NCBI GenBank assembly: GCA_001643675.2
Contig: LSRY02000012.1
Coordinates: forward strand, 558,001 to 622,000
Length of the DNA stretch: 64,000 nt
Direction: 5' to 3'
Source: Monocercomonoides exilis PA203
Taxonomy: Eukaryota; Protista; Preaxostyla
The translations under genes were made by a program, and so were the position numbers. The notes under the pieces were generated by a model that searched no databases, was not told the origin of the DNA, and saw only the letters and a list, made by a program, of their open reading frames with translations. Shown here in pieces: positions 55,987-64,000 of the stretch (position 1 is its first letter; every line of letters starts with the position of its first letter).

Positions 55987-58900
55987 TAGTTCAGAAACCC
56001 GGGAATTTTTCGAAATCCCGGACTTTTTATTAAAATTCATATGGGTGATTTTTTTAGATATCATAAAAAATTTCGACGTTTGATCAAAAAATTTTTTCAT
56101 TAAGGGTGGGATTGATACGAGATTTTTTATTTGAAATTACATAAAAATAAAGCTTAATATATTATTATTATTTATTATTTGTTTATTTCAATTTGTTTTT
56201 AATTTGTTTTTGCTTCATGTTTGAAAAAAAATATAAACTTTTTCCAAAAAATTATCGAAACTTCAATGAACAGAAAAAATAAAAAGTTTTCTGGTTTAAA
56301 AAAAATGATAACAATAATCACAATAACGATTTAAATCAATATTCTAAGTTAAAAACAGTTAAATAATATTATTGAAAAAATATAAAATAAGATTAGTTGA
56401 AATCGATAAATATTTAATGAAAACATTCAATTTTCAGCGTTTCATCATCTGATTCGCAAACAGTCCTTTCTTGAAGTCATATCAGCTTCAAATGCCTCTA
56501 TTTCACTCTTCTGCAAAAAGTGAGATTTATGCATTCTATTCAAATCTCACCTTTCTCAATTCAAATCCAATCAGATTCATAAGAAAATGTCAACGCCAAT
56601 TCCCTTCCCAATCACTTCACCCTGGGTACTTTCCATATGGATTCGCTCTCCCAACTCCATAGCCACCCTGGACAACGAGATATCCCGCCTTCATTCATTT
56701 TCATTCATTTCCGCCTCCTGCCCTGAAAACAACACAAAAACATTCAACAGATAAATATTCATATAAAAAAAAAATAAATAAAGGCCAAACTGCTCTTTGA
56801 CTGTATTTTGCCAAACAACCTCATTTCCACAACAATCATCATTCAAAAAATCAATCTCTCCATTTCAGCCTCAGAATGGTTGAATACAGTACTGAATGCA
56901 TCTCCACAAAATACATCGTGTATTTAACTGGAGGGTCTTTTCAGCCCGTACACATTGTGGTGTATGTCCAGAGGGGTTTTTTCTGTTTTTGTCATGATCA
57001 TCTCCTTTAATAATATTCTCAACAATACAAAAAAGTATTTGATGTTTATCTCATCAACACCATGCATAGGAGGGATATTTTGCAGGGAAGAGATGGAAGA
57101 GAATTATTTGCAGCAGGGGGTGGAAGTTGAGTGTTTTTTGGAATGTTAATATTTCAAGAGGTGTTTTTGATTGAAAGAAAATCTGAGGAAAAGGGATGGG
57201 GATGAGCAAGTGGTGATTAATAGAAGATAGTATAGAAAATATGAAGAGAAGTGATTGGAGATGATGAAGAAGGTGATTATTATTGATTGGAGAAATGGAT
57301 TTGGAAAAGAAAGAAAAGAGGGCAAAAGTGTGCAAGAAGAGGGAAAATGAGAAATATTCAAATGGAAGAGGGGTATTTTTTATGAGAGGAGAAGAATATT
57401 TTATGGAAGAGACCGAGAATTCTGAAGAAAAGGAGGGGATTGATATTTTCTGATGATTTTGGGGGTTGAATGGAAGAGGAAAAATAGAAATGAAAAGAAA
57501 ATTGAGAGATATTTTCATTTTTTTTTTTTTGAGGGGAAAGGAGAGGGCATTGCAAAAAGAAAGTGAATTGATTGGAAGAAATTCAACTTTATTGATAAAT
57601 AACAGAACAACAGCCAGAAATTCTTCAATTTAGATTTTTGTTTCCTTGTGAAGTTAACTTGTTTTATACGGCATTGCATCAATCGCCAACATCACATGAA
57701 ACATATCAACCTCTTCACTAAATTTATTGGAATATAAATGGATTTCTCAATCACCATAAATATTTATTTTCATCATCATCTCATCTTCTTCACCTTATTT
57801 CTCATCTTCCTCATAATTTCCTTCTTCTTCACCTTCTCCAAATTCTTCACCTTCTTGACCTTCTTTTTTGGTTCCTCTTTTCACTTTGTGTTGCATCACA
57901 TTCAACCTTCAGATGTTTGTAAGCTGTTCAATCAGCATCACCAGTTTGCCTTCCAAAATGAAATCTCAATAACTATTCTTCCTCTCTACAGTGTCTTCGT
58001 CGCTGTATAAGCCTTCTGTGAGATAACGAAATGTGCTTTTGAACTATTTTCTTCTTCCGAAGAGGAACATTCCGCTCCGCTTCAGCACTTGGATCGGCTT
58101 CCGCGCTCCGGCTGTGCTAAATAAGGTGAATGAGGTGAATGGGCATATCACTACAAATGGAAGTGGAAGAGGGAAGGAGCTTCAAGGCACATTGCGTTCA
58201 TCTGCTCGGTTAATGATACTTCCATGAAGCGAAGAGAGAGGAGGACAAGTTCAAATGGAAGAGGCAAAGAAGGCGGATTTCAGAAGCAAATTGAGCGCAG
58301 AGCAGAGGAAAGGAAGAAAGCAGGAAGAGCCAAAGGCGAAGACGAAGACGAAGGAGAAAGACGAGTTTCACACATCGCAAATTGACACTTTCAATACAAG
58401 ACTTGCACAGGTAGCAACAGAAAGAAGGGAAAGGGAAGAGAAGAGAAGAGAAGAAGGATGAGAAGAGGAGTGCAAATGAGTTTGTAAATGATAAAGATGA
58501 AAAGGGATCGTTGTGTCTGACAGATAAATGCATAGATAATGAGAAAAATGAAGGGGAAGAAGAGGAAGAAGAAGATGGATTTGACAAACACATTAGAAAG
58601 GCTCAGAAAGAAAGAGGAGCAAAAGAAAAAATAAAAACAACAAAAGAGAAGAATAAGCCTGTAACGATTCTAACCACTCTTTGCTCAGATTTTCTGCCTG
58701 AAATCAAAAATCGAAGAATGATACAGCAACAAATATTGGAAAACAATTCACTTTCTCAACATTTTCATCTGCTAACGCATCATCTTCATTCTCAACTTCT
58801 TCGTTTCCAACTTCATCACCATCCTTTTTTGCTTCAACTACTTAATCTTGTTCTTATTTTTTCTTTTATTCTAGTTTTTTCATCAATTTATCATTTCTTT

Positions 58901-61900
58901 CTCTTCTTCTTCACCTGATTCATTTAAATAACATAGAAGAAATTCCTCAAAATCATCATCCACTTTTACAAGTGACGCCAATCAATCCTCCTCTTCCAAC
59001 GGCCAATTAGATACAGGCAAATCAATCCAATCTGTTCAAGATACCTCGTTCAGGTATTCATTCTTCACCTGTGTCATCGTCATTGGGAATATATGGAACT
59101 TATTCTTCTTCCTCCTCTTCCTCTTCCTCTTCTCATTAAAATTCTTCTTCCTCTTCTTCTTCTTCTTCCAATCAACCAAATGAAATTCCAGCTGTTTTTC
59201 AGCGTTGAACCGAAGACAAACAGAAAAGAGTAGTCGAAATGGCAATTTTGTGGGGGAAAAGAGAAAAAGAAAAAGAGGAAAAGAAAAGAAAAGAAGAAGA
59301 AAGAAAAAATGTGATTTGAAACGACAAATCGGAAGAATTAGCAGAAAGAAAGAGAATATGAGACGAAGAAGAAATGAAAAAATGGATAGAGAAGAAGAAA
59401 GAGAAGGAGAAGAGAGAGAATGAAAAGGAGAAGGAGAGGAAGAATAAGGAGAGGAAGGATTTGGTAGTGAAAAAAGGAAAAGAAGGAGGAAAAGGAGGAA
59501 AGGGAAGAAAGGGAAGGAAAACAAGAAGAAGAAGAAAGAAGAAAAGAAGAAGAAGAAAATACAGATGAAGACTATCAAGATGAACTTTTGCTTTTGAAGC
59601 TAACTTCTCTTTTCACTCAGCAAAGACTGAAAGAAATCGAAGAGAAGAAGCAATTGACAAAAATGCTGGCTTTGAGAAAAGAAGAAGAAGAAGAAGATGT
59701 TGTTGGGTATTATTTTGCTGGCAAAAATAATTCGAAAAAACAAGGCGAAAAAGGGTATTTAAAAGGAGAAAATAAAAATAAAAATAAAAATGATGAAAAG
59801 AAAGACAAAAAGAAAGAAGAAATGAAAAAGAAGTGGGAAACCAAAAATAAAAAAGAAATTTCTCCGTCGCCGCTAATTCTCCAACTGTATTTTCACGATA
59901 TAAACACACAAGCGGAATGGTTAGCAGCCGAAGAAGCGAAAAAGACGAAGGAAAACGAGAAAGAATTGACGTTTCATCCGATTATTTACTAAGGGACAGA
60001 TTGGATTGAAAGAGAGAAGAAAAAGAAAACGAAAAAAATACATAAAGAAATTAAGAAAAAATAGAAAAAAGAAAACATTAAAGCATTATCTTCTAAGCCA
60101 ACACACCATCAACCAATCTTTTCCAATCTTCTGGGAACAAATAAGGCATTCCATCTTTTGTCATTCTTTTCTTCCAAAACAAAAAGAAGTTGATTTCTTC
60201 ATTGCACTTGTTGTGAATGGAGCTGATAGAAGAGATGGATTTGGTGGGAGGATAAAGAAGAAGAAAATGAAAAAGAAGAAGAAGAAGAAGAAGAAGAAGA
60301 AGAAGAGGGATCGGAAGAGGAAGAGGAAGAGGAAGAAAAAGAAAAAGAAAAAGAAAAAGAAGAAGCAAAAGCAGAACTTCTCTTTAAAGTGAGTGTTTCG
60401 CTTCCGAGCGGTCCAGCTTCTTTTCGTGTTTTTGAAGGGGACTGTTTGGAAGAGGATGTGAAACCGTTTTGCGAGAGGTATTTTTTGAGAGAAGAGAAAG
60501 AGAGGAGGATAAAATAGGTGGTGGAGAACGCATTGGAAGGGAGAGAGAGAGGGAAGAGAAGAAGGAAGAGAAGAAGGAAGAATGGAAGAAAGAGAAAGAG
60601 AAAAGAAAGAAAACTGTGCTGTGAGAGACAAACATTCTAATCAATCACTTCATCCTTCGTCTTCATCATCGTCATCGTCGTCATTTTCTTCTTCTCATTC
60701 TTTTTCATTTTTGAATTTTTATTTTTATTTTAATTTCTTCTTCTTCATCATCTTCTTCTTTTTATTTTTCTTCTTCTTCTTCTTCTTCTTCTTTTTCTTT
60801 TTCTTTTTCTTCTTCCCACTCGAATTATGGATCAACCTCTTCTTCTTCATCCTCCTCCTTTGCTCACCTCGTCGCTCACACAGCGGCCAATGAACTTTGT
60901 GTAAAGGAAAATTTGTTACCAGAAGAGTTTCACAAGCAATTGTAGTTATTGAGGAATTCAACGAGAAGAATGATGCAGAAAGAACCGGAGAGGAAGCCAA
61001 CAACACCACAGGTATTTTCGAAGGGAGAATTTTGATTGGGCAGAGTGGAAATGGAAGGAAGATGAGAGAGGATGGAGAAGGAAGAGGGAAGGACAAGTGA
61101 TGAGAAGAATAAAGAGTAAAAAGACTAGTTCGAATAAGTTTTATTCATTGATTTTCGATTTCATTGTATTTCATTCAACGTTTGATGAAGAAACTGAATC
61201 GAAAAGAAAGGACTGATATATTGTAATGATATTTCCGTCGAAGAAATAGATAAAGTCAAGAAAACAAATTGGTTTCAAAAGTTTGAAGTTAAATAATTTT
61301 TAATTGAAACAAATTTATAGCAAACTACTTCAATTGTGTTTTTCAAAGTATTTTTTATTTATTAGGATAGTTTTAGCAAGTTGAGAAACTTGATATTTTT
61401 ATCCAACAGTTTTATTTTTTATTTTTCACATTATTTTTCTTTGATCAAAAAAATTCTTTTCCACAAAAACCTCAAAAATGTATGTTTTTTTTATATAACA
61501 ATAAAACAAATATATATTACAGATATTTTAGCTAAATGCTGAAGAAAAATCAATTTGATTTTTTGATCAGTAATACCACAATAGTATTTATTTTTTCGAT
61601 TTTTGATCTTTTTATATGATATCAAAAAAAATCACCCATATTTCTCGACGAGTTTCTAAAGAAAAATTATAGTAATTCACATTGTTATGCATTAGCATAT
61701 AACACATCTAGCCATATACAAATTTTTGATAATTGTGTTGTATTGATGAATAAATAAATAATTTTTATTTTTGAAAATCTGACTTATGATGAATTTTTCT
61801 ATTCTAATTAAACGATTCAGTTCATCTTTTATACATATAACTTATTTTTTCTTTGTTGTGAACTGTTCTGGTTATTTTTTATTTTCCACAATTTGCTCTT

Positions 61901-62644
61901 TCTAATGGAATGAAAAACCGTCATTTTTGAAAAATCATTGCCAATGGGATAACTGAAAAAATATTTTTTGCAAAACACAAAAACATCCAAGTGAATTTAA
62001 CACATGCATCAATAAATATGTTAGTTATACAAAATTACTACATAGTTGAAATTTTTAATTATTCCATATTCATTTCATTTATAAAAATTATTTTCTTTTT
62101 TGACGATTTTTGATTAAAATTTTTATTGAATATTATTCCAAATTGTATTATTTGAAATGAATATAAAATTATTAAAAATTTCAACTATGTAGTAATTTTG
62201 CATAACTAACATATTTATTGATGCATGTGTTAAATTCACTTGGATGTTTTTGTGTTTTGCAAAAAATATTTTTTCAGTTATCCCATTGGCAATGATTTTT
62301 CAAAAATGACGGTTTTTCATTCCATTAGAAAGAGCAAATTGTGGAAAATAAAAAATAACCAGAACAGTTCACAACAAAGAAAAAATAAGTTATATGTATA
62401 AAAGATGAACTGAATCGTTTAATTAGAATAGAAAAATTCATCATAAGTCAGATTTTCAAAAATAAAAATTATTTATTTATTCATCAATACAACACAATTA
62501 TCAAAAATTTGTATATGGCTAGATGTGTTATATGCTAATGCATAACAATGTGAATTACTATAATTTTTCTTTAGAAACTCGTCGAGAAATATGAATTTTA
62601 ATAAAAAGTCCGGGATTTCGAAAAATTCCCGGGTTTCTGAACTA
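55987..62644. mobile_element. Foldback element (~490-bp arms, 75-bp loop); left arm interrupted by the 5.6-kb element
   Basis: 55987-56042 is the exact reverse complement of 62589-62644. 61638-62077 is a near-perfect reverse complement of 62153-62592. Confidence 0.85.
56043..61637 (+). mobile_element. 5.6-kb non-autonomous GGG...CCC TIR element with ATAT TSD, carrying decayed host-like coding fragments
   Basis: ATAT|GGGTGATTTTTTTAGATATCATA ... TATGATATCAAAAAAAATCACCC|ATAT. Excision restores the foldback arm. The interior has only short broken ORFs and microsatellites. Confidence 0.8.
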
Positions 62645-62914
62645 GGGTACTTACCTTTTCGAAATTTCTGATACTTTATTAACATGCTTATTCCTTCTTC
62701 TTCCTCTAAATCTCGCAACAAACAGCTACCTTTTCAACAGATTGCAGAAAATACTCCAATGAGCAATAATGATTCATTCGCTTCGTAAATAAAAAATGAC
62801 AATTTCAAGTTTCACTTCCTCTCGCTATTTGGATTAAGTTATGTGAAATGGAAATATTTAAGCGAGCTGAGGTAAAAAGAAAAAAATAATAATAAAAACT
62901 TAAAGAATGAGGTG

Positions 62915-64000
62915 TTATTGCGTTAATGAATTCGGCCGCTTCGAGTTCTTCTTCTTTCTTCCTGATTTCTGCTTCTCTGAAATGTCTTTCCAGCGCTCAT
63001 CAACTCTGAAGAATTTGTTCGTATCCTCTTCAATCTTCCTCTGCAAATAGCCCAGCGCAGCCAAGTTAAAAGACAGCTCGTCTCTTTTCTGCTCCAGCGA
63101 CTTCTCCAACGCTGACGCCACCGCCGTCACAGCCGCTGTGTCTGCTGCGCTGTGCACAGGCCCCGTCAGCTGCGAGTTGTGGATGGTGACAAGCGTGTGC
63201 GCCACACGGTGCAGAAGCTCAGACTCCTCCATGTGCGACGACAGCACTGCTGGGACCAGCGAAAGAAGACGCCCTGCATTAGCATAGGAAAGTGCAGATA
63301 GCACTGTCGGAAGCGAAGCCCGAGGAATAAACTTAAGCTGGCGGAGCAGGGGCGATTCTGTTGGTTGCTTTGGAGCCGAAGTGGTGACAACATACATGTC
63401 TTCTTCATCTTCTTCCTCGTTCTCTTCATCCATTTCCTCATCCTCCTCATTCTCCCCGTCTTTCCCTTCCTCTCCTTCTTTTTTGCTCCTCTTCATCTTC
63501 TTTGCTTCGTTCTCAGACTCAGCAATGGACGACAGCTGTCTCTGTAACCTCTCCTCTTGCTCAATGCCTTCCAGCAGAGCATCTACGCCTTTCAGCGTCT
63601 CTGCTGTTCCTTTCTCAACAATCGCACCCGTTCCCCTCTCCCCAGTCGACGTCTGCGCCTCGTCAATCATCTCAATCATCTCCTTCTCCAGTATCTCCTC
63701 ATCCCTGTCTTCCTCATCTTCCCCTTTGAAAATCTGCGCCTGTGTCCGAATCCACAGCCGCACTCCTCTTTCTGTCCCCGCAGCAAACACTGCTCCTCCG
63801 TCTGAAGACACAGCGAGGCCAAGCAAAGACCCAGCTGGGTTTCCTCGGAGCGTCTGCGCACAGTCAAAATCGTCTCCGTCCCACATTTTGATGTCCCCTT
63901 CTCTTCCGCAGCTGAGGCAGTAGTGCGTCCCTCTAAGAGGCACAATTCCTGTGATAGGCGCCGTGTGCCCGCGCATCTTCCCTCTCAGATCTCCCCGCTG
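62915..64000 (-). CDS. UTP12: U3 snoRNA-associated WD40 protein UTP12/DIP2/WDR3, C-terminal part (5' end beyond the window)
   Basis: WD40 repeats (GHTAPITGI..CLSCGREGDIKMWD; LAVSSDGG..AGTERGVRLW.RT), ETLKGVDALLEGIE, Utp12 C-terminal domain (L.FIPRASLPTVLSALSY..., FNLAALGYL) and a basic tail. Confidence 0.88.
   Translation of the reverse strand, partial: QRGDLRGKMRGHTAPITGIVPLRGTHYCLSCGREGDIKMWDGDDFDCAQTLRGNPAGSLLGLAVSSDGGAVFAAGTERGVRLWIRTQAQIFKGEDEEDRDEEILEKEMIEMIDEAQTSTGERGTGAIVEKGTAETLKGVDALLEGIEQEERLQRQLSSIAESENEAKKMKRSKKEGEEGKDGENEEDEEMDEENEEEDEEDMYVVTTSAPKQPTESPLLRQLKFIPRASLPTVLSALSYANAGRLLSLVPAVLSSHMEESELLHRVAHTLVTIHNSQLTGPVHSAADTAAVTAVASALEKSLEQKRDELSFNLAALGYLQRKIEEDTNKFFRVDERWKDISEKQKSGRKKKNSKRPNSLTQ

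Noticed and set aside
56440-57900. Possible legumain/C13 peptidase remnants in the cargo
   Set aside because: Resemblance is limited to a few residues with no catalytic motif recoverable; left as unidentified debris.

Overview
Eukaryotic, AT-rich, intron-containing genomic DNA read with the standard genetic code. The gene families and huge Ser/Glu/Lys low-complexity inserts strongly suggest an oxymonad (Monocercomonoides-like metamonad); this is inference. 1-47 kb is a compact gene cluster: a 5-TM prominin/Tweety-like protein (running off the left edge), an IKS1-family kinase, ERCC6/RAD26 (CSB), an intronless protein of 17 indel-free 30-aa ankyrin-derived repeats, UGGT (ending KTEL), a coiled-coil/Ser-rich protein, NSE3/MAGE, a lineage-expanded helical-repeat family gene, cathepsin B, and a multi-TM TKL kinase. 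48-62.7 kb is a nested transposon graveyard. It holds a Merlin/IS1595 (ISXO2) transposase split by a 255-bp GGG...CCC MITE (ATAT TSD), which is itself split by a 3.7-kb Tc1/mariner-type element carrying a host-gene fragment and another MITE copy. It also holds a 5.6-kb cargo-carrying element of the same GGG/ATAT TIR family inserted into a ~1-kb foldback element. The window ends in the 3' part of UTP12/WDR3. Top candidate for novelty: the 30-aa repeat protein, whose variation is concentrated at the positions randomised in DARPins. Exon boundaries were read by eye and are approximate unless stated.
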